Below are positions 38,801 through 50,330 of a DNA stretch of 64,000 nt, one piece after another. The stretch lies in the NCBI GenBank assembly GCA_963783055.1, contig CAWAMB010000004.1, positions 718,304 through 782,303 on the forward strand, read 5' to 3'. Made by a program: the position numbers and the translations under genes. The first letter of the stretch is position 1. Each line of letters begins with the position of its first letter. This DNA comes from an uncultured Chloroflexia bacterium. Its GTDB lineage: Bacteria; Chloroflexota; Limnocylindria; Limnocylindrales; CSP1-4. The notes beneath the pieces were generated by a model. It searched no databases. It saw only the letters and a program-made list of their open reading frames with translations, and was not told the origin of the DNA.

Positions 38801-41678
38801 TTGCGCGTTGAGCGCGGCGATCCGGGCTGCGCCGCCGAAGCTGGAGAGGTCGACAACGGCGCCGTTGACGGACGTCCTTGCCGCGAATGTATCGAGCTTC
38901 GTCTTGAGGGCGTCCTTCTCGGCGGTCGTCCCGGCGATCCGGTTGCGGTCCCAGAGGATGAGCGACTGCTTCGTGCCCGTCGGGGCGAGGAAGGTGTCAG
39001 GCGCGACGGGATTGACGCCCGTGCAAACACTGTTGCCGCTGGTGACCTTCAAGGTGAACGGCGTTGGAAGGCTCGACGCCGTGTCCTTGCCGGCGATGGC
39101 GACGTAGAAGCTGCCGGTGTTCGTCCAAGTGTTGACGTCGATCGTTTCGTCGCCGGTCCCGAGACCGTACGAGGCCCCGATCAGGCTCCGGACCTGGGCG
39201 TTCGCGTAGGCGGCCGGATCGATCGGATTCGTCCCTGTGCCGACGAACGCATTGCCGCCCACAAAGGCATTGCCGCCGACGAACGCGTTGCCGCCCACAA
39301 AGGCATTGCCGCCGACGAACGCGTTGCCGCCCACAAATGCGTTGCCGCCGACGAACGCGTTGCCACCGACGAAGGCATTCCCGCCCACGAAGGCGAACCC
39401 GCCGACAAAGGCGTTGCCACCGACGAATGCATTGCCGCCGACAAAGGCGTTGCCCCCGACAAACGCATTGCCGCCGACAAAGGCGTTGCCACCGACGAAC
39501 GCATTGCCGCCGACAAAGGCGTTGCCACCGACGAACGCGTTGCCACCGACCTCGGCGGCCTGCTTTGTCAGGCTGGCATTGCCGGTCAGGCTCGTGTAGG
39601 CCTGCGTGATGTCCTTGAAGAGGAAGACGTCATAGTCCGCCGGGAGATTCGAGAGCGAGATGCGCGCCGTCGAGCCCGGCTGGACCGTGAACTTGTACCA
39701 GCGCGCGCGACCTGGCGCGTCGATGAAGCCCGACGTCGGCGATCCGCCTGCGGTTCGCGAGCTGATGTCGAAGGCGAATGGCCACTGATCATTCGGTGGG
39801 GCGACGACGATGCAGGGGCCGACCTGGCCGGCTGGCGCGCTCGTGACTTGGGCGGCGACGTACTGCTGGAGGGAGCCAGCGCTGAAGCTCAGCGATCCGC
39901 CGAAGGACGACAGCCCATCCGAGCCAGTCGTGATCGTCTTCGTCCCGAGTGAAGCAGCTCCAGCGCCAAGCGTGCCGCTGTCACAATCCGGGCCGGTCAG
40001 GAAGGTGACTTCGTACGTGATCGGCGCCAATGGGTTGGTTGAAGGTTCGCCCTTGAAGAGTCCGGCCACGAAGACCTTGGTCGCAGCCCCCGGCGTGTCG
40101 ATGACGTGGTCATTCGAGTCGATTGGCACAGCTTCATAGAGCTGGGGAATGCCGGTCGCAGCGCCGACGACGACCTGGACCGATTGCGAGTGGGTGTGGC
40201 CGTTCAGCGTTCCGGTCAGGGAAGCGGTGTACACGCCTGGGGTCGCGCCGACGGTGGCCGCGACATGCAGCGGGACAAGCGAGTTCGTGGCTGCCGTCGC
40301 GCCGTCCAGCGAAACGGTGACGCCCTGGCCCGCCGGAACGACGGAGCCGGAGATCGCGATCGCTCCCGTACCGACGCCGACAGCGTTGGCCGGGATTCCG
40401 ACGTCGACGGTGCCTCCGGGATTGACGCCTGCTGCCGCCGGGCTAGGCGCGCCGAAGGTGAAGTCAGTTGCAGCGGCCGGTGGCGTCGCCGCGCCGAGGT
40501 CGGGATAGACGGTGACGGCGTCGAGGACGATCCCCCGAGAGGAAGTCGTCGGGCTGTTCGAATAGAACTGAATAGTCGTCTCGTCGCCTGCGGCGGTGAA
40601 CGCCTGGGACCCGAGCTGGTAATCCATCTGCGCGACCGATGGGCGCGTCTCGGGTGCGACCGCGATCGGTGCGTGGGTGTACTCCGGGCCGACTTGAGCG
40701 CCGTTGATGTTGACGAGCATTGACGGATCGTCTGGGGCGCCATCCCGGTTCCGCGAATAGCGGAATTCGAGTCGATATAGCTGGCCTGGAATGGTCTCGA
40801 TGGTCTGGCTGATCGCGCCCGGGCCGTTGCCGTAGGCGACGGGCTCGAAGCTGATCTGGTCCAATTCCCCATCGAGGTCGAGCGACTGGTTCGCGTGGAA
40901 GGCGGCCCAGTAGGAGTCGGGAACGGTCTGGACGCTGCCCCGGTCGACCGACCAGCCAGTCAGTCCAGTGGATCCGGCGTCGTAGAGATCGTTGTCGGGC
41001 GGGAACTCGAGGGGATTGACGACCGGCGTCTCGAAACTGCCGTTCGCGATCGTGTCGATGCCGACCTTGAGCGTTCCCTTCAGGAACGAGTTGAAGTCGC
41101 TGTTCGAGCCGGTGACCTCGAACCCGTACTCGTCACCGTCCAGGACCGTGACGGAAGTCGAGCCGGAGTAGCTGAAGCCGTTCGAGGGCGTCGTGCAACA
41201 GTTCGCCGGTCCGGCCGCGACGAGAGCCGGTGTGACATAGGTGACCGACGCCCCGTGCTTCACGTACGCCTTCAGCCCGACCCTGACCTGGAACCACGCG
41301 TGGACCCCTGTGAGGTTGTAGTGCAGGAAATGCGTGCCGTCGGCGTGCGCGGTCGCGTGGAGGGTCCAGGTCTTCAGCGGCACGCCGCCACCCGTCGTAC
41401 CGACGCCGAAGGCGTAGTCGAGCTGGGCGAGGCCGCCGCGTGCCGTCGCGGGTGACGGTTGCGGTTCCCGGTCCGCTTGCGGTCCAGGCGGTGCTCGGTA
41501 CGACGACCGACACGGGAGGATTCGCCGCCATCACCGGCACTGTGAGGACCGTCGCCTGGGCGACAAGCAGGACCGCCGCGAGCAGGCTTGTCATGCGGCG
41601 GAGGGTCGGGCGTCGTCCGCCTCCGAGCGACCAAGGAGAACGGGAACGGCTTCTCTCAGCGCGAGTGACGGCTGACAA
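35885..41678 (-). CDS. Giant (~1930 aa) secreted protein: DUF642-like domain, PPC-like domain with GGNAFV repeat insert, C25/gingipain-like Cys protease, Ig-like domains, PxKF domain; one frameshift near 41440
   Basis: Signal peptide in ORF 41133-41678; NGSFETP..LDLDG..ISQTI; WYKFTV..DYDVFLF; YIVLVGGDATIPF, LAVGRLVET, MGGH, SAGCHSG; FTGFFSPVDN..AGSTVPVKFSL. Confidence 0.85.
39242..39547 (-). repeat. 17 x 18-bp coding tandem repeat (GGNAFV x8, GGFAFV, GGNAFV x8)
   Basis: Counted unit by unit; differences are synonymous except in unit 9 (39386-39403). Confidence 0.95.
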
Positions 41679-41890
41679 CAGAACGAACCTCCATGCCCTA
41701 CACCCCGAAAGCCCCGGAATCTAGGACAGCGCGCGCTCCGGCTCGAGCAGGCGGCCGGCAGTCGGTGAAGTATGGGACTTTTGTCACGCGGACGGTAGGT
41801 CCTATCACCTACTGGTGGTGTCGTCGCGACGACACAAGTGGTGCCCGCGCGCCCCGGACGACGCTCGCGACGCGGCAACGCAGCCCCGCG

Positions 41891-44800
41891 TCAGCTCCCG
41901 CTCTCGGCCGCCACCCGAGCGGCGGCGCCCAGGGCCGCGTCGATCGCCTGCTCGAAGGACCACCCGCGCCCGCGCGCGATCGCGCGATCCGCCGCCTCGT
42001 CACCGAGCGTCTCGACGCGCCGCGCCGAAGTGCCCCGCCAGCTCGGTGTCGAGCGTCGGCGGCCGCGGCGACCCGATCTGGCCGCGGACCGCCTCGGCAC
42101 CGCCGAGCAGCTCGAATCCGAGCTCCTCCTCGCCCACCCGGGCCAGCAGCACGCCGACGTCCTCGAGGATGAACGTGAGGGAGAAGCGGTCGTCGAGATC
42201 GCGCTGGAGCTGGAGCGCCTCCGCGTAGCGCGTCGCCGCCGCCCAGTGCTCGCCGCTGTCGCGCTCGGCGTTGCCCAAGGTGAACGTCGCGTGGGCGACC
42301 ATCTGCCGATCGCCGAGCTCGCGCGACAGGCGCAACGCTTCCTCGAGGTGACGCTGGGCGCCGTCGAGGTCGCCCGTCAGGATCCGGTAGTAGCCGGCGT
42401 TCATCTCGCCGATCCCGACCCCGCGCCGGTCGCCGATCCGGTGGCGCAACCCGAGGGCGGCATCGTTGATCTCGCGAGCGCCCGTGTAGTCGCCCTCGAA
42501 CTCGGCGAGGATCGCGAGGTTGCCGTCGGTCGTTGCGACGCCGGCCCAGTCCTCGATCTGCTCGCGAACGGTCCGGCTGTCCTCGTAGCGGGCCTTCGCG
42601 GTCGCGTAGTCGCCCTGGAGCTGGGCGATGACGCCCGCGAGATGGAGCATGTCCCCGACGCCGTTCTCGGCGGCCAGCTCCCGGAACCGCCCGAGCGCCG
42701 CGTCGAGCCGGGCCGTCGCCACCTCGAACCGGCTCTGGCGCTTGGCCGTCTCGGCCAGGGACGCGTCGGCCCACGCGACCTGGAGCAGCTCGCCGTCGGC
42801 CTCGGCGAGGTCGCGCGCCTCGGTGGCCATCGCCTCCGATTCGCCGAGCGAGCCGACGACCTGGAGCACCTTGGCGAGCTTGAGCATCGTGGCGACCCGC
42901 TCGCGGGTCTCGAGCATCGGGACGAGCCGCTCGTAGTAGTCGATCGCCGCGGCGTTCGCGTAGGTCTCGCGGGCCGCGTCGGCCGCCCGGCCGAGGTAGT
43001 CCCGCTTGCGGACCTCGTCGTCGCTCCGCCAGAAGTGATAGGCGAGCAGGTCGAGCTGGCGGTCGATCGCATCGCCGGCGGTGTCCTCGATGTAGCGCCC
43101 GATCCGCCCGTGGAGCATCTCGCGGACGGCGAACGGCAGGCTCTCGTAGGCGACCTCCTGGGTCACCACGTGCTTGAACAGCCACGCCTGCTCCGCCTCG
43201 CGATCGAGGTTCACGAGGTCCGCCGCCCGCAGCACGCCGAGGTTCTCGACGACCCCGTCGAGCGGCCCGAGCTCGGGGTACGCGCCCGGCAGCGCCGGCG
43301 CCTCGAAGGTCCGGCCGACGACGCTCGCGACCTTGAGCGTCCGGCGCGGTCCTTCGCCGATCGTGTCGATCCGGCCCAGGACGAGGCTGTGAAGGCTCTC
43401 CGGCAGCTCGATGTTGCGAACCGCGCGCTCGTCGGTCGGGTCGATGCCCCGGCTCGCGATGAACGTGACGAGCTCCTCGATGTAGAACGGATTGCCGCCG
43501 GACCGCTCGGTCACGAGGGCCACGAGCGACTCGCTCGCCGACGCGTCCGTGCCGGAGACCTGCTCGAGCTTCGACCGGATGAGGCCCGCCGCCTCCTCGG
43601 GGCCGAAGTGGTCGAGCACCCGCTCGCGGAAGGACGGCAGGCGCTCCAGACCGAGGCCGCCACCCGGCGCATCCGCGGGCCGATAGGCGAGGACGATCAG
43701 GACGGGCAGGCTCGCCGCGGCGCGGGCGAGGGTCGCGAGCAGGTCGCGCGACAGCTCGTCGATCCAGTGGCAGTCCTCGAGGACGAGGATCACCGGCTCC
43801 GTCGCGGCATGGCCGCGCAGCGCCTCGACGAGGAGCGCCTCGAGCGATGCCTTGCGGAGCTTGGCGTCGAAGGCCTCGGTCAGGTCGCTGTCGGGGATGT
43901 CGAGGCCGAGCAGACCGCCGAGCAGCGGCGCACGGGCCACGAGACCCGGGTCGATGCCGGCCAGATCCGCCTCGAGGACCCGCACCTGGGCTGCCTCGGG
44001 GTCGTCCTCGTCGAGCCGGAACAGGCGCCGCCAGATCTCGCGCCACACGAAGTAGCCGGTGTTCGAGCCGAACGACTGGCACTCGCCGAACCCGACGAAC
44101 AGGCCGCGCCGGCGGGCCGACCGCACGAACTCGGCGACGAGGCGCGATTTGCCGGTTCCTGCCTCGGCGGCGATCCCGACGATCGCGCCGCTGCCGGTCA
44201 GCGACTGCTCCAGGGCGTCGTCGAGCAGCTCGAGCTCCTCGAGCCGGCCGATCAGCGGCAGCTCGTAGCGGAGCTTCCGGCGCGAGGCGCCTTCGAGCGA
44301 CCCGATCAGAGCATGGGCGACGACGACGGCCGACTTGCCCTTCAACGTCAGGTTCGGCAGGGCGTCCCAGATGTACGCGTCGCCGGCGTCGGTCCGGACG
44401 TCGTCGTGGACGTAGATCGAGCCTTCCGGCGCCTTCGACATGAGGCGCGCCGCCAGGTTGACCGCGTCGCCGAGGCACACGAACGTCCGGCGCATCGCGA
44501 TGGCCGTACGTCCCGCTCCGGAGCCGGCCGTGGCCGATCCCGATCTGGATGCCCGTCGCGTCGGTGGTCCGCTCCAGGTCGCGGAGCTCGAGGGCCGCGG
44601 CGGCCGCGCGCGCTGCGTCGTCCTCGTGGGCGGTCGGCGAGCCGAAGACGCCGTACAGGTAGGCGCCCTTGTCGCCGAGCGTCAGCTGGAGGACGTTGCC
44701 GCCGAACCCGGCCATGATCTGCTGCGCCCGCCGGACGAACGTGTCGAGCTTCTCGATCGCGCCATCGTCCTCGTCGTAGTCGATCCCGCCGAACCGGACG

Positions 44801-45660
44801 AACACCGGATAGGCGGGACGAAGCTCCGCGAGGAACTCGCCGCGACCCGCCCGGATGCGATCCCAGACCGCCGGCAGCAGCCAGGGCCGGACGAGCTCGT
44901 CCTCGAGCGGCGGCGGTTCCGGGGCGGGACGGGCCGGGACCGAGACGAGCAGATCGTCGACGACGCCGAAGACGCGCCCGGACGCGTCGTCCGTCCGCGT
45001 CTCGGTCAGGCTGACCCGGTCGCCGAGCGCCGCGATCGCGGACGGGTCGAGGACGACCTCGCCCTTGTCGGCATGGTGCTCGGTCTCGGCGAGGTCGTCG
45101 ACGAGGTGGCCGGCGAGGACGTCGATCAGCTGGATCGTCGGGTCGCCGACGACGAACCGCCGAGCATCGCCGACCGCAACCGCGACCTTGACAGCGAGCC
45201 GGACGATCGTCCCGTTGGGCGTGGTGATCGTGCCGACCCGGTCCATGGCCTCCTGGATCCCGAGGGCCGCGGCCGTCGCGCGCGTGCCATCGTCGCCGTC
45301 GAGCCAGCAGGTGATCGCGTCGCCCGAGAAGTAGATGACGTCGCCACCATACGCGTCGACCTCGGCGATGACGGCGTGGAAGACGCGATCGAGGTTGGCG
45401 GTCAGCTCCTCGGACCCGCGCTGCGAGCCGAGCTCGTTGGCGAGGGCCTCCGTCAGCGGAGTGAAGCCCGAGATGTCGGCGAACAGGCCCGCGCCGTTGA
45501 CGCGGTCGGCCATCTCGGTGTGGTCGGCCAGCGCCTGGCGGCGGTCGCGGGCGATGTACGCCTCGGGGTGGTCGCGCGCCTCGCCGCCCGCATCGCCGGC
45601 CGGCGGGTCGCCCGGCGGAGCGGCCGTCAGTGTGGATCGGTCCGGATCTCGGTCCGCCAT
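41891..45660 (-). CDS. Soluble adenylate-cyclase-like protein: two class-III cyclase domains, STAND/AAA ATPase, TPR repeats (frameshifts near 44500 and 42020)
   Basis: LFADISGFTPLTE, FSGDA, GDKG..FGSPTAHEDD, GDAVNLAARLM, LIGR..EL, AEAGTGKSRL, LVLEDCHWID, GGNPFYIEE, FKH, TPR-like helices. Confidence 0.9.
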
Positions 45661-45775
45661 CGAACTCCCAGGTGAAGCGTCACTCGCGCCCCGGCGCTGC
45701 TCCATCCTAGCGGGGCGGCGTCGCTGCTACGATCGGGCCGATGGACCCGTCCCCCTCGACGCCCGGATCCGCCTC

Positions 45776-47121
45776 GTGACGGGCCGCGTCTTCCGGCGCT
45801 CGCTCGATCCGGCGCTGCCGGTCGCCGTCGAGGCGAGCGGCTCGACGATCCGCGACGCGACCGGCCGCGAGTACCTCGATGCGGCGGGTGGCGCGATCGT
45901 CGTCAACGTGGGCCACGGCCGGGCGTCCGTCGCCCGCGTCCTCGGGGAGCAGGCCGGCCGCCTGTCGTATGCCCACGGCTCCGCGTTCACGACCGAGCCA
46001 CTCGAGGCGTACGCGGCAGAGATCGGCCCGCGCCTGCCGGTCGACGATCCGTACCTCTATCCGGTCAGCGGCGGCTCCGAGGCGATCGAGACCGCGCTGA
46101 AGCTGGCCCGGGCGTATCACCTCGCCCGGGGCGAGACCGAGCGCTGGGTCGTCTACGCCCGGTGGGGGAGCTACCACGGCAACTCGATCGGGGCCCTCGA
46201 CCTGTCGGGTCGCCGACCCCTGCGCCGGCCGTACGAGGGCTGGCTCGGCCGGTTCCGCCACGTCTCCGCGGCCTACCCGTACCGGGCGAACGACGCCGAC
46301 GCGCAGGCCCTCGCCACCGGCGATGAGCTCGCCGCCGAGCTGGACCGAGCCTTCTCGGCGGCGGAGCCGGGGACGATCGCCGCCTTCGTCGCGGAGCCGA
46401 TCGTCGGGGCGACGCCTGGCCTCCGCCGTCCCGCCCGACGACTACTGGCCGAAGATCGCCGACGTCTGCCGCCGTCACGGCGTCCTGCTCATCGCCGACG
46501 AGGTGATGACCGGCTTCGGGCGGACGGGCCGCTGGTTCGGGCTCGACCACTGGGGCGTCCGGGCCGACATCGTCGTCGCCGCCAAGGGCGCGACGTCCGG
46601 TTACTGGCCGTTCGGGTTCGTCGCGGCGTCCGGCACGATCCACGACGCAGTCACAGGCGCCGGGCGGGTTCGTCCACGGGTTCACCTACTCCCACGCGCC
46701 GGCCGGTGCCGCGGTCGCCCGGGAGGTGCTGCGGATCATCGACGACGAGGACCTTGTCGAGGCGAGCCGGGTCAAGGGCGACCGGCTCCATGCGCTGCTC
46801 GTCGACCGGCTCGGCGCGAACGAGCACGTCGGCGAGATCCGCGGGCGGGGGCTGATGATCGGCATCGAGCTCGTCGAGGATCGCGAGACGCGGCGTGCCT
46901 TCCCGCGGGCGGCCCGCCTGACGGAGGCGATCGTGCGCGCTGCGCGCGACGCCGGCGTGCTCGTGTACTCGGGCACGGGCAATGCCAACGGCGTCGACGG
47001 CGACACGATCCTGCTCGGCCCACCGTTCGTCGTCACCGCGCCGGAGCTCGAGCGGATCGTCGAGACGGTCGCGCTCGCCGTCGAGCGGGCGGCCGCCGAG
47101 GTGGTTGCCGCCGCGGGCTGA
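45776..47121 (+). CDS. Class-III PLP aminotransferase (frameshifts near 46415 and 46660)
   Basis: YLDAAGGA, SGGSEA, SYHG, AEPIVG, ADEVMTGFGRTG, AKG, HGFTY, RGRGLMIG. Confidence 0.88.
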
Positions 47122-47248
47122 GCCCGGCTGAGCCCGATTGATCCCGGCTGAGCCCTGCCTGAGGCGCGCCCTCTACGCCGACCGCCGTACGTCGGACCCG
47201 ACAACCGGGCTATGGAACCCGCTCCCTCGCCGCGACTAGATTTCGGTC

Positions 47249-49066
47249 ATGACCGCCATCAGCCGGGCGCTGCGCCTCGTCGCGTTCGTGGATCCACGCT
47301 GGATCCCGCGTTCCGCCGCGGTCCGGATCCTCGTGATTGCGACGGTCGCGTCCGTCCCGTTCGCGCTCCTGTCGCTGCTCAACGCCGGGGATGCGCGGGG
47401 CGTCTGGGACAACCTCCATTGGTCCGTGTCGGCCGTCGGTGCCGCCGCCGCAGCGGTCGTCTCGATCCGCGGCGAGCAGGGACGGTCCCGGCGCGTCCGC
47501 CAGTGGGGCGCCGTTGCGTTCGTGCTCTGGATGATCGCCACGCTCGCCTGGGCCTGGATGAACCTGACCGGGACGGCGACCGTCCCGTCGATTGCCGACA
47601 TCTGCATCGTCGCCATCATGGCGCCGGGGATCGGGATGCTCGTCGCGACGGTCCGGCGAAAGGTCAGCGCCGCCGAGGAGACCGCGGTCTACCTCGACGC
47701 CGCGCTGGCGTGCCTCTTCATCGGGTCGATGCTCGTCTTCGTGTTCGGTCCGACCGTCCTCGATCCACCGACCGCGGCCGGGATCGCGGCGATCGCCTAC
47801 CCGGCCGGCTTCATCGGGCTCGGCGGCGCCGGCCTGATCGCCGTCCTGGCCGTCGGTCAGCCGATCGCCGCGCGCGGCGCGACCCTCCTGTGCGCCGGCG
47901 GCGCGATCGTCGGCCTCGCCTACCTCGGCTGGATCTCGTCGAGCATCAGCCTGACCGATCCCGGAGCCCTCACGAGCCTCTCCTTCACGATCGGCACGCT
48001 CGTGGCGGCGTTCGGGCTCGTGACCTGGCAGGACGAGCGATCGACGAGCGCGCGCTACCTGTCGCTCGCGGCCATGGCGACGAAGACGGTGGCGCCGACG
48101 GCCGCCAGCCTCCTCTTCCTGCTCGTCCTGGCCGAGGCGCCACAGTCGGTCGAACGCCTCCTCCACGTCGCGATCTTCGCGGCCAGCATCGTGTTCATCG
48201 TGCGCCAGGGGCTGCTGCTCCGCGAGCGGACGACGATGCTCGCCCGGGTCACGGCCCTGACCGAGGAAAATGGCCGGCTCGTCGGCGAGCTCCGGGCGGA
48301 GCTCGAGCGCCGCGCCGTCGACCAGCGCCGGCTCATCCAGACCTCGCGCGCGGCGGCCGTCGGCGACCTCGCCGCCGGCGTCGCCCACGAGGTGAACAAT
48401 CCCCTGACCGGCGTCCTCGGGTTCACGGAGCTCCTGATCGAAGAAGCGGCCGCCGACGATCCTCGCCGGGCCGATCTCGAGACGATCCGCGACGAGGCCC
48501 TCCGGGCCCGCCAGATCGTTCGCGCCCTGCGCGACTTCGCCAGCCCTCGGCCGCCCGAATTCGTCCCGACGGACCTCTCGGCGCTCGTCCATGAGACGGT
48601 CGAGCTGCTCCGGTACACGATCGTCCGGCGCGGGATCTCGATCCACGAAGACCTGCCGCCAATGGACCCGATCCTGATCGACGGCCCGGCCGTCCAGCAG
48701 GCGATCCTGAATGTCCTTACGAATGCCCGCCAGGCGATGGGGCCCGGCGGCCATCTCGCCGTCGCCGTCCGGGACGACGACGGTGGCCGCCTGATCAGCA
48801 TCACCGACGACGGGATCGGGATGGACGAGACGACGGTCCGCCTCGCCTTCGATCCGTTCTTCTCCGCCCGGGCGGATGAGATCGAGCCAGGCCCGGAGCC
48901 CGGGAGCGGCCTCGGGCTGTCGGTCAGCGTTGGACTGATCGAGAGTCACGGTGGCACGATCACGATCGACAGCACGCCGGGCCGCGGCACGACGGTCGAG
49001 ATCCGCCTGCCGGCCACGCGCCCGATCGAGCTCGACGGCGTGCGTCCGCTCGGGGTGGTGGCATGA
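47249..49066 (+). CDS. Multi-TM sensor histidine kinase
   Basis: About 9 TM helices, AHEVNNPL, NVLTNA, DDGIG, FDPFF, GLGL. Confidence 0.92.
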   Translation: MTAISRALRLVAFVDPRWIPRSAAVRILVIATVASVPFALLSLLNAGDARGVWDNLHWSVSAVGAAAAAVVSIRGEQGRSRRVRQWGAVAFVLWMIATLAWAWMNLTGTATVPSIADICIVAIMAPGIGMLVATVRRKVSAAEETAVYLDAALACLFIGSMLVFVFGPTVLDPPTAAGIAAIAYPAGFIGLGGAGLIAVLAVGQPIAARGATLLCAGGAIVGLAYLGWISSSISLTDPGALTSLSFTIGTLVAAFGLVTWQDERSTSARYLSLAAMATKTVAPTAASLLFLLVLAEAPQSVERLLHVAIFAASIVFIVRQGLLLRERTTMLARVTALTEENGRLVGELRAELERRAVDQRRLIQTSRAAAVGDLAAGVAHEVNNPLTGVLGFTELLIEEAAADDPRRADLETIRDEALRARQIVRALRDFASPRPPEFVPTDLSALVHETVELLRYTIVRRGISIHEDLPPMDPILIDGPAVQQAILNVLTNARQAMGPGGHLAVAVRDDDGGRLISITDDGIGMDETTVRLAFDPFFSARADEIEPGPEPGSGLGLSVSVGLIESHGGTITIDSTPGRGTTVEIRLPATRPIELDGVRPLGVVA

Positions 49067-50277
49067 TCACCCGCTCGACGATCCGGCGCAGGGCCGCCAC
49101 GGCGGCCCCGGTTGTCCGCGTCCTGTGCGTCGACGACGAGGTCATCGTCCTCCAGCTCATGACCCGCCTGCTCGAGCGCCTGCACATCGAGGTGACCACC
49201 GCGACCGGGCCGTCCGAGGCGCTCGGTGTCTTCGAGGCCGAGCGGTTCGATCTGATCGTGACCGATATCCGGATGCCCGGAATGGACGGCCACGAGTTCC
49301 TGGCCGAGATCCGGAGGCGCGACCCGGAGGTCCCCGTCATCGTCGCCACGGGCCACGCGTCGCTCGACAACGCGATCCGAGCCCTCCGCGACGGCGCATC
49401 CGGCATGCTCCTCAAGCCATTCACCGGCGAGGAGTTCCAGGTGGAGGTCCGGGCCGCGCTCGAGCGCTCGCGGATCCGCCAGGCGGCCGTCCAGTACCAG
49501 TACGTCACGCCGATCCTGGACGGGGTCGCGCTCGCCCTGACGGCGGCGATCGAGGCGCGCGACCTCGAGACCGGCGAGCACTGCCGACAGCTGGGGGTCA
49601 TGGGCGAACGGGTCGCCGTCCTCATGGGTCTGCCCGAGCTCGCCCGGACGACGATCCGGATCGGTGGCTATCTCCACGACATCGGCAAGATCGGGATCGC
49701 CGACCGGATCCTCCTGAAGCCCGGGCCGCTGACCGACGACGAGTATGCCGAGATGCAGCGCCATTCGGCGATCGGCGGCGACATCGTGTCGACCCATGAG
49801 GCGATGACGGACATCGCCGCCATCGTTCGTCATCACCACGAGCGGTACGACGGCCGCGGCTATCCCGACCGCCTTGCCCGGAACGCCATCCCGCTCGGGG
49901 CCCGGATCATCTCGGTCGCCGACGCGCTCAGCGCCCAGACGAGCGACCGACCGTATCGCGCGGCGATCGCCCTCGACGAGGCGTGGGCCGAGATCGAGCG
50001 CCACAGCGGCGGCCAGTTCGATCCGGAGATCGTCGAGCTCTTCGCGACGTTGATCGGGACCACCATCCTGCCGGCCGAGCCCGGCACGGTCGGAACCACG
50101 ATTCGCATCCCCATGGTCGTGCCGGAAGCTGCCGTGGTCGAGCCCGTCGTGGCGAACGCAGTCGTCGCGAGGGATCGCGTCGCGAGCGCCAACGCCGACC
50201 CGGCAGTGGCCACGGGCGCCCCGCGCCCTGTGCGTGAGCGCACGGCACGGGCGAGGCGCGCCTCCGCCCAGGGCTGA
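49063..50277 (+). CDS. Response regulator with HD-GYP output domain
   Basis: VDDE, TDIRMPGMDG, KPF; HDIGK, HHERYDGRGYP, QFDP. Confidence 0.93.
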   Translation: MITRSTIRRRAATAAPVVRVLCVDDEVIVLQLMTRLLERLHIEVTTATGPSEALGVFEAERFDLIVTDIRMPGMDGHEFLAEIRRRDPEVPVIVATGHASLDNAIRALRDGASGMLLKPFTGEEFQVEVRAALERSRIRQAAVQYQYVTPILDGVALALTAAIEARDLETGEHCRQLGVMGERVAVLMGLPELARTTIRIGGYLHDIGKIGIADRILLKPGPLTDDEYAEMQRHSAIGGDIVSTHEAMTDIAAIVRHHHERYDGRGYPDRLARNAIPLGARIISVADALSAQTSDRPYRAAIALDEAWAEIERHSGGQFDPEIVELFATLIGTTILPAEPGTVGTTIRIPMVVPEAAVVEPVVANAVVARDRVASANADPAVATGAPRPVRERTARARRASAQG

Positions 50278-50330
50278 CCGGCCGATGGCCCGGTCCGTGC
50301 AGGATCAACGTGGGCCCGGTCCGTTCAGGA

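Noticed and set aside
39242-39547. RiPP precursor cassette or DGR variable region
   Set aside because: No modifying enzymes, reverse transcriptase or template repeat nearby; variation is synonymous and not adenine-specific
39237-39599. Antisense PPTNAL/PPTKAL repeat protein
   Set aside because: Shadow of the GGNAFV frame; its N/K alternation simply reflects synonymous Phe codons on the true strand
41699-41724. Fourth ECF promoter upstream of the giant gene
   Set aside because: GGTGTA is present, but the -35 position reads CTAGAT rather than GGAACC
47118-47165. Short CTGAGCCCGG-like 10-bp tandem after the aminotransferase stop
   Set aside because: Four to five degenerate units, consistent with local slippage; no further support
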